A DNA stretch of 64,000 nucleotides from Botryllus schlosseri (Eukaryota). The position numbers were made by a program, and so were the translations under genes. The notes under the pieces are model-generated. The model made no database searches. It was not told where the DNA came from and saw only the letters and a list, made by a program, of their open reading frames with translations. The stretch spans positions 14,324,001-14,388,000 of the forward strand of contig CM119372.1 in NCBI GenBank assembly GCA_051294905.1, written 5' to 3'. Each line of letters starts with the position of its first letter. The first letter of the stretch is position 1. Below are positions 1 through 13,050 of this stretch, one piece after another.

Positions 1-3000
1 AAATACGTTGAGATTGGTAAGCATTTGTTTGGCACAGCAGGCAGAGGTGGTCAGTTAAGACGTGCTTTTACTTTTTTGAAGTACCTGTACTCGAGTAAGA
101 TTTGCCCTGCACTACTTATGAGTTTCGACTGCCTTTACTTTTACTCACATTGCATTGATAATAAGGCCTGATTTTTCGTCACAGTTTATCGCATACCAGT
201 CGACTACGCATGTTGCGGGATCGCACCATTTGGCAGCAAAATTGTGATACTGGGCTACGATTTTAGTAACGACTCCAATAGTGACGGTATGTGATACATT
301 AAGGAATCTGCGCTCTTATTGCATTGGCCTTGGTTTCTTCCGTGTTAAGGTAAAGGCAGCGGCAGAAATTCGGAGAGGCCGCAATTGCTAATTCTGGAAC
401 CTGACAATGACAGTTATGATGAGCTTTCGTGCGACGCGCTGTCAGTCAGAGGGTATCAGACTTACAAGTGTAACAACTACGGCTTAGGTAGGAAATTTGA
501 TACTTTTGCTGTGTGCAAAACAAGCAACTGTATCTTACGGCGTGATATGACGCACCGTGATAATCGGTGTTTTCTTCTAGCTCCGAGTTAATGGCGGAGC
601 TCTTTCGATGAATTGCATATTTTATCTATCAGTCTTACCGCATCTTCTACTAGCTGCATTAGCTACCTGATTTATATCCGACTGCATTCGGCATGAAATC
701 TTTCGCTTAATTCACTTCAAGATTTAATATCTAGCACATTTTTAATCATACATGAAATGGTGTCAGTAAACGTAAGAAAGTTCACTGTATTTTAGTGGTT
801 CTTACCTTAACTAATCTGGCGAACAGTTGCGCTAATTTGCAAGCCTTCGGCCAACCCCGATTTTTCATCTAGTCACATTACTAAAGAATACTGGTGCACA
901 TGATAAACTGTGCATCAACAACTGTGTTAAAAAACCAAACCATCGGAACATGATTTTCCCACAGAACAAAAACATGGTACCGGTAATGATTATGTAGGCA
1001 TACTTAAATCAGTGTGAATTTTGTTGCGTGGGTCGGGTGCGTGTCTTAACCTCCAGCAAACCTCCGAGACTGGCTGAGCACAACTATGGGGTTTGTGTGA
1101 ACCCCGGCAAAGAACCACCGTTTTGTTTGCACTGGGGTGTTGCTTTCAAATGGAATAGCTACTTTTGACTTGCTCTGCCACAACCTATTTTGATAATTTA
1201 CCCTACGGATTTGTCCCAGCCTACGAACCGGAAGAAGGCACCATCTATATCGTGTCTCCGAAGGACATAGTAGTCGCGCGCACCCGTGATAAAGACGACC
1301 ACGTCGATTGGCTGATATCTTGCAAGAAGTACGAAGAGGCCTTGCAGGAGGTCAAGAAACATGGGAAGCACATATTCAGGAATAGCGCATCGGTATTTCG
1401 CTGTGTTCCGCATTACCCTTGTGTCTGTGTAACGCTCGTCTACATTGTAGGGAATCGGAATTATGTACGTCGAGCATTTGATCGAGAGGAGGGAATTTGT
1501 GTTGGCTGCGAGTAAGAGCAAAGAGGTTCTCGGAAATGACGTCGAGATCTGGGAGGCAGTGGTAGGTGACGCGCGTATTGTTATCGTCAGGCATCCAGAG
1601 TTAATCAGTAACGAAGTACTTCGAGTAGGATTTTAGACTACCACTACTAACAAATTTTCAGTTTTTTAGGCAAAACTAGGCCTAGAATCAGACTTGGACA
1701 TCGACAAAATTTTCAGCTTTTCTAAATTAGATTCGGATTAGAGTTGCAGCTATACGTTACTTTACGAATTAGATTAGAATTAGAATTACTGAAATCGCGA
1801 AAACTTGAGAATTGTATTAGGTTCAGTTCATATCTAATCACAGATGTCTGTAAAGAAAGCTTGGCTCGTTTTTCACGATTCAGTTGTCCTGCCACATTTT
1901 TAGGAAAACCAGAAATTCAATTAGAATTAAAGCAATAGCGTAGAAGCATTACGAAAATTAGTTTACAATTAGAGTAAAGAAACAGTTAGCAAATAACAAT
2001 AAAATGAGATTACCGGCATTTCGCTCTAATAGACAGCTAGAATTATCTAGCTGCCCGAGTCTGCCTAGAATACTTCCGATTTACTTACTTGCAAATCACT
2101 ACTTCTATTTGTACCCAAGTATAAATATACAATGTTACTTATACTTCTATGTGATTTCAAAAGTACGTTCATGACAAACTCGACGAACTTTTCGCGTGCC
2201 ACTTATCTTATCTTCTATGTGAGTACCAACAATGAGTGGTTTGAGTTTTTAAGCCAGGCGTAGGCAATTCATTTTTCCGGCAGGCCAAACGTGAAGCAGA
2301 AAATACGTTGTCTAGCTGAGAAAAATGTTTAGATTATGTTCTACGACGTACAGTTTTATTCTTAAATTGAAACAGTGAATTACGTTGTTAACACGTGTTG
2401 CTAAGTGGATGCGTTAATATTAGGCTGTGTCCCTAGCTCTGTATGGCTTGGTAAAATTGCTTTGCTGGTTTGCCTGATTCGCTAGCAGGTCCGCACCAGC
2501 CGTGCGTATGTATTCACAATTCATGTCATGATTTTTCTCATAGTGCCGACTAAAATTATATTAGTTAAACACGGAGACCTGCTCGGTACTGTCCATAAAC
2601 TAAATAGACCGGTTACCGGTTATTTATATGAGTTATATTTATTTTGGCGTCATCGGTTGACGAAATAAATCTCTCTCTATCGGCTGACTTCAGTAAACAA
2701 AAATTTAGTGCTCCAAATCTTGTTGAAATGTCGGCCTTCCGCCGCATCTTTCATTGCTTGACATAGCATTGTTCGTGAGCCAGGATGGCCGCTAATCAGG
2801 TGCACTGATTGCATTATTTTACGAATTAGAATTTGGAAACGTATCACGTAACAGTTTAAAGCGTAGACCTGGCATCAAACAAGATTTGAACTTGAATATG
2901 GAAACAATGACTTGTAACTTTAATTGTTATGCTATAATTTGCTACATTGGCTTCATTTTGAACCCGGATTTCTCGCACGACGTACATAGGTTACGTAATC

Positions 3001-6000
3001 ACGGTTCATCAATAAACTAGACTTCAAAGTAAACACATTTCCGCATCGGTTTCTACAGTTGTTTTTGGTCACACATAAACATTAGTAAATATATTTTATG
3101 GTCTAAATTCCAAGTAATTTTTCACGGGCCGCTCAGAATCGTTTCGCGGGCCGCACAATGCCCAGGTTTGATTTAAGTTCAATGTACTATTTTTAGATGG
3201 TACAAAAATTCCTTCTATTGGCACATACTTGGTTGACGTATTTTGATAAAAGTTGACTCCAAGGCAAGGCACCGAAATCAAAGTGTGAACTCCTGACGAG
3301 GTGGAATCAGCTATATCGACTGTATTAATGATGCGACACGTTGGAGTTGCTTGGGCGTTTTTATGATCAGTAGTACTTTTGTAAACTGATTAATATATCC
3401 TTTGAGGGGTTGGCAATGTCGGGGCAAACTGAAGGTTTTAAACGAGTTATGATTTTGCAAGATCGTGTACCTTGTGGCATTTGGATAAGATTTCTGAAAG
3501 AATCTTATTTGCTTGTGTCCAACTTCCACACGCGAATTTCAGGTGAGCAAGTTCATACTCGCGGGACAAGTGGCTGCACTCTATCCTTACATGCCTATGG
3601 AAGATGTCCGCTTGGACCCGAGATGTTACGATATGGTTTTGAACGATTTGTTGAAGAAGGATCACAGCGTATGTCCACACCCGGTCGGAGGCTTGTAGAA
3701 ATTAATAAATCGCTTTTGTTCAGACATTTGCCAAGGCTATCAAGGAATGGCCGTCAGACTTGTACAACATTGCGTTTGTCGTAAGTTTGGTTCACGGCAG
3801 GCTGGATAATTACCCGAAAGACACAACGTTGCATGCGTCGCTTGCGAGATTGTAAGTCTCCGACAATCGGTGTGGGTTGAACTTACGCGTAATCTTTGCT
3901 CCATTGCAGGCACGCGTTGGACCATAGATATGACAGGGCCCTGAAAATCTACTTGCAATTGAGGCATCCTGACACGTTTGAACTGATCAGGAAGCATAGT
4001 CTGTATGGTGCCTTGAAGGTTGGTGTTTGGACGAGTTTTAGCTCGTAGAAATGACACGTTGAACTGTTTGTTCTTGTGGCAGGAGAATATTGTTCTTCTA
4101 ATGGAATTCGGACAAGAAGAAGCGGTCAGTTTACTTGTGGAAAATATAGGTCACGTTCCGGTATGTCAACGCATTTATGGTTATTGCTTGTGGTGTCGGT
4201 TGTGAGAGCGTCGATAGATATATTGTTGTGTCTTTGACTTTGTGTGCGGATCTTATTCAGGGATGTTTATATGTTTCAAATGCTTACCCCATAGTTTTTA
4301 TTAGAATAATGGGTATGGGACTAAATGGTAGCGGAATCTGAATAAAATCTGCAAATACTTTCAGACACAAAAATAAACGAAGTGTTTCTTTGTGGTTTAA
4401 TGGTTTAGGCCTGTATATTTTTTATCAAGTTACGTCAGTTCCAGCTAGGTCTTGGTGTCTGTTCAAGTAGTCCATAAAATTGTTGTGTGGTAGGGCTACC
4501 GATTACACTAAAACTCGCTTTCAATATATTGTTGCATAAAATGTGTAAAATCGTAAAAAAAATTGTAGTGTAGTAGGTGTACTGATTGCACTTGAACTTG
4601 CGGCCGCAGCACTATTGCTTGGCATGGGCTCTGATTACTTAGGTATGTTCTAATTTACTGCGGTACTTTGCTGCTCATACGATTTCAAATCACTGTCGGC
4701 ACCTGTGCTTTTACTGTAGTGAAGTGCTGGTGCTATCAGTTGTATCAGACAGACCCAATTACACTCGGCATATTTCTTTCCAGATCGAAATGGTTGTGGC
4801 TGAATTGCAAAAACATCAACAGTATTTATATATGGTAAGTTCTAGTTTTACTGCCAACTCAAGATAGACTATTATGCTTTTGAGCGAATGCTACCCAATT
4901 ACGCTAATTCAATTTCATATGAGTACATTATATCTGTGCTGAAATATTGCTCCAGTGGTTACCAATTACGTTTTTTTGCTCCTCTCGCCCCCTAGTCAAT
5001 CTTGACATATCAACAAATTTCCATACCAGTACTGGAACTTTATCCCTCAAGTGGGGTATGTGGATCTTGTTGATTACATCTACTGATGCAGCAAATTTGT
5101 ATCTTCAAGACAATTTATGCTTGTCGGCACTTTTTTGAATTACCCTGTTTAAGTTTCAATCACTAGCGCAATATCAAGCTTAGTCAATGTTATCTCCATC
5201 ATTCGCAGTACCTTCACGCCCTGTACAAGAAAGACCCACAACTCAGCGGCAACTACCACATGCTGCAAGTGCGATTGTACGCCGAGTTCAATCGATCGGA
5301 ACTCCTGCCGTTCTTCCGGTCCAGGTGACGCGGTCTACTGTATTTTGCTCGGAACCTGCACCAATGCGCTCCATTTTTTTTCTTCTAGCAATCACTACGA
5401 GCTCGAGGAAGCCCTTGATATATGCGAGGAGCGTGAATATATCGACGAAATTGTGTTCTTGTTAGGTAAAACCGGTAGTGAATATGGCTGGTGAAGTTGA
5501 GCATCTGGCTGATTTGATCCTGAATCGAGTAGTAAGCTTCAGGCTTGGTTTTAAAGTCGTGTATTATTATCTCATATGTATTAAGAACGAGTTTCCAAGC
5601 TCATATTTGTACCTTTCACACAATAAGAATGAAGATGATGCTACTAGCACAACCAAAGTCTATATTTTTATAACTCTTAACGATACATATGACTATAGCG
5701 CTGTGTTACAATGTTGTTACACAAAAAAGTCGTTACCAAGAACGTGCGTAACCTATACTATATGATTTCAATGTTGCGATAGTTGAGGTTACAGATCTTC
5801 CACGACGGGAATATATAGCGGCCAAAAGATAATTACTGGTTATAAAATAGTTAACTGTCACAAGAAGTAATCGGTCCTGGAAAAGCCAAACCGATCAAAA
5901 CTATCAAGGCTGTAGTGTCGGTTTACTTTACCATTGACCCCAGAAACTTACAACACACTATGTGAATCAACCCATTTTTTGAATTTGAAAAAAAATCTGC

Positions 6001-9000
6001 TTACAGAAAGTAATTACATTTGTGAATGTCCGTCTACATCAGTGGTTCTTAAACTTCTTTAGACTCGCCCCCCTTGATGAAATTGGAAAATTTAGGATGG
6101 TATGATGCAACTATGACATTTAAAATCGTAGTGCAATTCGCATTATTGTCGTTGTTTAAACTTGAAAGTTTCAGGACGTATTCAACTCATTCTGAGGTCA
6201 AGAAACTTCCTTTCTATCTGATGGCTTCGCGCCCCTTCGAATGCTTTCACACCGCCCAGTTTGAGAAGCACTGCTTTACGTGAAAATCTTGATAATCAGC
6301 TTCCGTAATTACAACGGTACTTTTTGGTAACATTGGGTTCGATTTTGAAGTAGCTGAAGTCGGAGCAATTTAACAAACTCCGACTCCGTCCAGTCCGTGG
6401 TTCGCCAACTCCAACTTAACGAAACTTCGACTCCACAGCCGTGCTTGCTACTCGACTCGAATCGATACAATCAATACTCTACTCGAAAACTCAAATAGTT
6501 GTACCCAACCCTAGCACCGAATTAATGTGGCAATCACGTTGTTCTCTTTCTGCGAAGCCCGGATGGGTAACGCTTCCAGGGCCTTGTACGAGATCATCCG
6601 TCACTACCCTGACGTCGACAAAGCGATTGAATTTTGCAAGGAGCAAAACGACATGTCGCTGTGGAGCGAACTGATCGACAAATCAATCGAGAAGCCTGGT
6701 GGGAAATAAAGGCGAACTTTTTGCCGCTGGAGCGCGACATTATCTTTCTATTTAGAAAACATCAGAGATTTGCTGGAGAACATCGGGACACACGTAGATC
6801 CCGTATTGTTAATTAGACGGATCCCGCCTGGATTGAAAATACCGGGGCTCCGGAACGCATTGGTCAAAATTCTACAGGTAATCCCCACCCAGAGTGGGAT
6901 CCAGACCGAATTTTCTATCTGAACCTTGGGTATGCGAGCTAGTTTTACGGCGTTCACGAAAGGCCGATGTTGGAACTACGACTATAACCTATAAAACTAA
7001 CTGCATTGTCCTTATTTGTAAGATATTGCCTTACTTATGACGCAGGTCCAGTCCATTGTCCATACTTGTCTTATTTTCAGTGCTCACCACAGGTCACAAT
7101 TGAAATACGAATACCAACATTAATAGTTTCACTGCATCGGTAATCAGGCCGTGACAAGGGCTTGGCAAAAGTGATGATCTTTTTCATTTGACCTGGTGGC
7201 ATAGAAGGTTGAAATCTCCTGATCTAAATCGCATTTGGTGATACGATTTTCAGCAGACCACGGTCTTGATTGAGAAGTTTGAACATATCAACAAGGCATT
7301 GTAATTGAACTACATTCTACCAATAGCAAGTTTCCAGTTGATTTATTATTGCTTCTAAATTTGCCTTGATGAGCGATATTCTTAAGACAAGTGCGGCTGA
7401 ATCCTGCTGATGTAGGAAAATTCTGACTCAAAACCATTTCTGCTGTCGTTACTCGTTACGTTATTCGTATAAATCAGTGGTTCTCAAACTTTTAGTTGAC
7501 ATGCCCCCCTGATGATAGTGAAAAATTTCGCTCCCCCTTCATTGTCATATCAAACAATAATAAAAAGAGCAACCAGAATGTTTGCAACGCCAACACATTG
7601 TTTAGTGGCATGGAAGGTGTTACGGCTGTTGAGACGCTTCTAGAATATGGAATTAGGGCTATATACCGAGCAATAATTATGAGATGGAGGAATATCGTGC
7701 GGAGCTTGAAAAAATTTCCAGTCAAGTATTTTGTTAAACATAATCATGTGCAATGGTAGCACGTATCACATGGAAATTTTATTGATTTTGTTGCCTAACC
7801 ACTTCTATTACCCCACTTGAGTTTGTCTCAAATGTACCCGACCATAAGCTAAATCTAAAACTAATGACACAGCTACATGCATTCAACCATTACAATTCAT
7901 TCAGGGACATCTTCCGATTAGTGCAAGGTTCGGTATCAGTCAAATCTAGCATCAGTGTGTGGACGGTAGGACAAAATTGTGAGATTTAAATCGAAATATA
8001 GGCTAAATAGGATTATTGCCATTGTTAAAACTTGGAAGTTTCACCAAGCCCCAACAAGTTTGAGAACCACTGGTATGGATGTGTCACTACTGCTCTCGAT
8101 GGCTATCGTTTGTGCGGAAGCAGTCATACCTGCACCAGAACTATATCCTGTTTCCAAAGTTGCTTATCGTTCGAATTTCAGGATTATTCCATGCAAACTT
8201 CCATGTGGTTTCAATGTAAAAATATTCTCTCGTCGGATGTTATCAGCCTGATTGGAAAGCAGTACAAGGTGCGCTCCAGGCCTGTTTATGTTGACTGTAA
8301 GTGCAATGCTATGATGATTTCCATTACGTATTGACGGTTACAGTTATTGCTTGCAGACGAGTGTATTTGCCATGCTTGCGAGGAGCCGATTATGAGTTCT
8401 CAAGATGCTAACCAAGCCGAGAAGTCAGGCTCGAGTTCTCAAGATGCGAACCAAGCCGAGAAGTCGGTCTCTAGTTCTCAAGATGCGAACCAAGCCAAGA
8501 TGCCAGCCTCGAGTTCTAAAGATGCGAGCCAAGCCAAGAAGTCGGTCTTGAGTTATCAAAATGCGAACCAAAACAAGAAGCGGGCGCTAGCCGGCCTGGA
8601 GATCTCTACATTCATTTGCCGACATACTTTTCATACGGCTTGCCTGCAAAACAAGGTATGCATTTGAACGATAGCTCACACACACTGGCTGTGTTGTGCT
8701 CGAGCCATGACGGTTATCATTGATTGTCAGCGCGGACGTGCGTTTCTTAGATTAGCTAAAAACATTGCACACCAAATTTAGCTCAATTCCAAACTTTAGA
8801 AGTGAAGCTAAATATATTTATTTAAAAAAAATTCGGATGTTACTGGCAACCTCATGAAATTGCTGCCTAAAAAAATGATGCATAGCAAATTTGACTGAAT
8901 CCAACCTGTAGAAGTTATTGGTGTGGAAAATTTCGAATTTTAAAGAATAGTATTTACAGGTGGTCCTATAACACTGGCCTACAAATTTCGAAAAAATTTT

Positions 9001-9591
9001 GCGCCGAAAATTTTAATGAGTGATTTAGGCTAATTTTAGGTTCCTGAATCCGATTCTGTCGTCAGAATTTCTCTATCACGTCAAATTGTTTCGTTATGTA
9101 TTTTTCTCATTTTCATAAATTAATCAAATTTCGGCTTTCGTTAGTGACATTATGGTCAGCGTACAACAGCAACAGATCAAATATTGTTATTGAGATCATC
9201 TATAATGATGAAACCTGGGTTGTACTACAGAATAACTCAGTTTTTGGTGGACTTGAATCCAGCGGTTCTCTATCTTTTTCGAAGAGGACCTCTGTTCGAC
9301 CCATACATTTATATGTGGATGCAACTATTTTTAGTCAGTAGAAGTTATCATCTTTATATACCACACTTCGTTAAGAGATTGTGATTAGTAGCATCGTACC
9401 TAATTTAGTTCCAGACGTTATCTATCTTTATACACCCGTCCTGCCTACTAGGCTCCTCCTCGCCACCTCATCCGTGTGAGCGGTGTCTTACAAAAAGCCT
9501 AGAGGTGGGCCGTGCTGTAAGTCGGCAGTTACGAAACATAGAAGAATATCGGCCTGGTGTAAATGACTATAGTAGTCGGCAAACACCATGA
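1..9591 (+). CDS. VPS41: Vacuolar protein sorting 41 (HOPS subunit), 3' part of a multi-exon gene; 5' end lies outside the window
   Basis: Phase-consistent GT-AG exons: <1-16, 185-286, 350-487, 1220-1392, 1451-1561, 3543-3668, 3724-3851, 3910-4018, 4083-4160, 4784-4834, 5209-5324, 5389-5465, 6558-6698, 6756-6877, 8182-8296, 8357-8655, 9415-9591 (last exon less certain). Peptides follow VPS41 in order: KYVEI, SCDALSVRGYQ, YIVSPKDIVVA..DDHVDWL..KKYEEAL, KEWPSDLYN, RMGNASRAL..DVDKAIEFCKEQND..LW, NIGTHVDPVLLI..LVKILQDY, and the RING-H2 CHAC...CRHTFHTAC...CERC. Confidence 0.95.
6040..6273. mobile_element. hAT (Charlie-like) MITE, degenerate
   Basis: Termini CAGTGGTTCTTAAAC / GTTTGAGAAGCACTG; TSD decayed. 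Confidence 0.6.
7475..8072. mobile_element. hAT (Charlie-like) MITE in a VPS41 intron
   Basis: TIR CAGTGGTTCTCAAACTT / AAGTTTGAGAACCACTG; flanks gtataaat / gtatggat (degenerate 8-bp TSD). Confidence 0.75.
8395..8589 (+). repeat. In-frame 39-nt (13-aa) tandem repeat, about 5 copies, inside the VPS41 RING-H2 exon
   Basis: Unit agttctcaagatgc(t/g)aaccaagccgagaagtc... encodes SSQDANQAEKSxS; units start at 8395, 8434, 8473, 8512, 8551. Confidence 0.9.
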
Positions 9592-9688
9592 AAACCCCTA
9601 AACAAACAAACATCCGTCCTGCAGACTTAATCGGTCAATGCATTTTGTGACAGCACTCTGCTCTTCCGTAAGACGTAAGTTTGCAAAC

Positions 9689-9694
9689 AATAAA
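9689..9694 (+). promoter_or_regulatory. Probable polyadenylation signal of VPS41
   Basis: AATAAA about 100 nt after the predicted TGA at 9589-9591, followed by GT/T-rich sequence. Confidence 0.45.
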
Positions 9695-9810
9695 CATTGT
9701 ATTGTTGGTATATTCTGGTACATAACCCGAATATGTGGCCCTTTAAGCTTGTTTTGAAACATTAAAACAAACAGGATGTCTGCTTTTCCAAAGAAAAAAG
9801 TGCTTATCAT

Positions 9811-11383
9811 CAGGCGCGTAGCCAGAGGGGGGGTTTCGGGGGTCGAAACCCCCGACTTTTGAAACGCGAAACCCCTTCCATTTACGCGAAACCCCCGTCG
9901 ATGCATTTCAATATTTCGTCGGTCAGTAGCACTAGCTAATTTGTAGCAAGCTCTTGCGCAATGATTTATGACCGATACATAGGATGGCTTTTTTCTCGCG
10001 TCTTCTCTCGTGTGCACAGTAGACGAGAGAGGGCTTTTTTCACGTGCGTGCAAGGGAGACAAGGATATTACCATAAATACAACCCTAACCTACCCCTAAC
10101 CCGTAATTTAACCCACATGCCCATGTGTCGCATGCCAAATTGTCGCATGCCGAAGTCTCGCATGCTCATATGTCCACGGACCGGATATTATATCGTCGTA
10201 TAATGTAATCAGTCACATTGTAGCTACAATTCGTCGCATCGCTTTTATGAACGCGCGTAATCAATATTAATAATATCGGATGTATTGCAGTATTCACCTC
10301 ACTGGCGACGCGTAATTCATAATTGTCGCGTGGTCCGCGATCTCATCAAATCTAGAACTCTATTAGGTCTATGCTTCAACAATTGGATGCTTAATCTCAC
10401 GCATTCAGCGATACACGGCAACACAACTTTGATCTGCAATTTGACGGCTTAATATCAATAAAGAACAAAGAAATAGCAACAGGTTATCGGAACACTGTAA
10501 AACACTGTATTCAAACGGCATTCTTCAATCTACGCTAACATTTTTACCACAGTCAGGCTACGCGCAAGCGGCAAAAACTAACGAGAATCGATCTCGCTGA
10601 GATGATTGCGAAATTAAGTCATCGATTGGCGCGCGTTCGGCAATCGTTGCTAGCCTGATTTATCACGTCTCTAACAAGCCTAGTTCTACTGGCTTGAAGA
10701 ACCGCATCTGCAATAGGCCCGGTGAGAACTATGCCATCGCCTGCACAATCGCATCTGCTTTGCCTGGCGCGCACCATATCATCGTTGGCTTACGCAACAA
10801 CCGCATCCGCAATATGCCTGATACGAAAGATATCATCGCTAGCCTAACGATCGCGTCTCAGGCCTAGCATGCTTTGGCTCCTATCTCTCGATGGATTGTA
10901 TGCGGATTTGCGATTGTGATTAAAGAGTGACATCGCTCAACTAATGTCATCAAATGTCCGCAATCGACCGCAAACATAACCATCGGAAGATGTGTGTCAA
11001 TGCTTGAGTTATAAAAGATGAGAAACGTTTGAAATTGAACCACCTGAAATCGGTGCCATTATAGAACAGATTCCATAACAACTCGGACATTTTGACTTGT
11101 GCAAATCGTCGCCGAGGTTACGTAATATGCGTTGATATGCGCGTAATACGCGTTGAGAAAGCTCGCGTATTCAATTGTTCGCGAGAGATCAGGGACTCGC
11201 TAATTAACAGCACTTCCGGACACGTTGGCAAGCTTATCATACGCGTAAGTTCGTCAACGCGAGGCGATTGTATAATCGTCATTTACGCATTACTTAACCC
11301 TAATGAATTGATGCTATAAAAATCGAAACCCCGCCCTCTTCATTTCAAACCCCGCCCATATTTTTCGGCTGGCTACGCGCCTG
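9811..11383. mobile_element. Non-autonomous hAT element (family A, copy 1)
   Basis: TIR CAGGCGCGTAGCCAG / CTGGCTACGCGCCTG; perfect 8-bp TSD cttatcat; subterminal gaaacccc repeats; internal homology to 26413-27620. Confidence 0.9.
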
Positions 11384-12810
11384 CTTATCATGATAACTTG
11401 AAAGAATTTTTCATCATTAATCTCCACCAGTACTTATCATGATAATTCTTCTTCTCCAGTTTCCATATATTGTCACATTTTATCGGAATCGAGGAAACCT
11501 GTTTTTGAATTGTTTTCTTTTGGTTTATTGCCATGATATTAGGGGATTCTTTTGCATTATCTATTATAGACAACCAGATGAATGGAGACTACTTACTAAC
11601 AGCTCAACATGAAACCTGAAGTGCACGTTACTTTACAATAGAAATAAATATGCATCGGTTCTAGGACAGTCGATCTCTCTCGACATAGGACATTCTGTGA
11701 CCTACGACAAATACCATGTGTTCTATGCTGGAACAGAGCCAGAGATTAGCATTGCTTAATTTCGAAGCTTTTTGTTAGTGTGTTGCATGAATAAACGCCA
11801 GTTCCAAATACAAAAAGCTTTACATTTTGGTGGTTTCTGATATGCAGAAATATTTTACTATGAACTAGAGTCGGTCGAAGTGACCAGCGTTGCTACTCAA
11901 GTAGCACAAGTAACACCTTACATTTCTTCTCAATTACAAGTAGCAGTAGTCATTTCTAAGACATCTTAGTATATTTGATCGCGGGAGGGTGGTCGCATAC
12001 TTTCAACAGTTAGTCGGAGGTGGCTACATACGAAATCGCATGATGTGTCACCGCATATAACGCAAAATGACTATAATGACACCACCAATGGGTAGAATCT
12101 TCGAGAAAATATACTCAGGTATCGTGATTCAGAGGCTATTTTACGCTTTTCTTATGCCAATTTAACTCATAATAGTGGTGCAATATTATCCCTGAACTAC
12201 TTTTTACTTTACAAAAACCAAATTGCAAATGCAATTAGTTCATCCAGAATACAGTTCAGGTAGATGTTGAAGTAGTTGTAAAACATTACCACTTCAATAA
12301 GTAGCCAAAATCTACTTGAGTACCCCGAAAAAGTAGAAATATTCAACATATATATTACGTACCGGCATCTCAAAAACGTGACGTGATGGAGCAAAAATAA
12401 CATCAGATTCGTATTCAGCGCCCCCAAATTAGGTATAATTGACCCAAAGAAGTCCTGGCGCAAATATTGTGTATACCAGTGTAGTTAATAATTCCAGAAT
12501 TTTCCACCGTAAATGCTCTTTTTTCATATCCAAAATTTTGTACTCCTATAACTTTACTTCTGTCTCATGGAATTTTGTCCTATCAGATTAAACATACGGT
12601 ATGCCTTACTGCGGTAAATGTCTTTGCGAACCTATATCCAGTGACTTGGGTCCAAATGATAGTTTACGGTTGCCGGTGAATTCAGAAAGTTCAGACGGAG
12701 GTGAACTATTACTTCACTATGTAATGATCCCAGGTTGCCAAATTATCATTTTTTTAGTAAAATTGGGTGCTGAGTTGTTTGGAGAAAGTGGCGAAGAATA
12801 ACTAATCCGA

Positions 12811-13050
12811 AGCCGAAAATATTCGGGTTCATTTTAATATGAATATACCATTCAATTGTATACTGAAGTTCTGTACCTCCAAGAAGCTCTCTCATTCAAA
12901 GTTTCATGCTGGTGACGTCATATTTTGTGATACGATTGTTGATATACAATGTTCTTTCTTATTCTCTACTAGTTGCTGACGATTACCCCTGACGAGAGTC
13001 AGCCGAAAATATTCGGGTTCATTTCAATATGAATATACTATTCAATTGAA
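12811..13050 (+). repeat. ~190-bp dispersed repeat, here in head-to-tail tandem form, carrying a hammerhead-like core
   Basis: agccgaaaatattcgggttcattt recurs at 12811 and 13001 (period 190). Related copies at about 14823-14905(-), 27850-27985(-), 43100-43500 (three pieces, mixed orientation), 44548-44730, 48758-48937(-), 51975-52300. Confidence 0.85.

Noticed and set aside
3781..3800. Apparent gtaagt donor inside a VPS41 exon
   Set aside because: Reading through gives VSLVHGRLDNYPKDTTLHASLARL, collinear with VPS41. The donor is at 3852.
8970..12482. Diverged inverted transposon-like ends (about 8970-9115 and 12330-12482) bracketing the last VPS41 exon
   Set aside because: Low identity and no TSD. 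More likely two independent fragments than a composite element.
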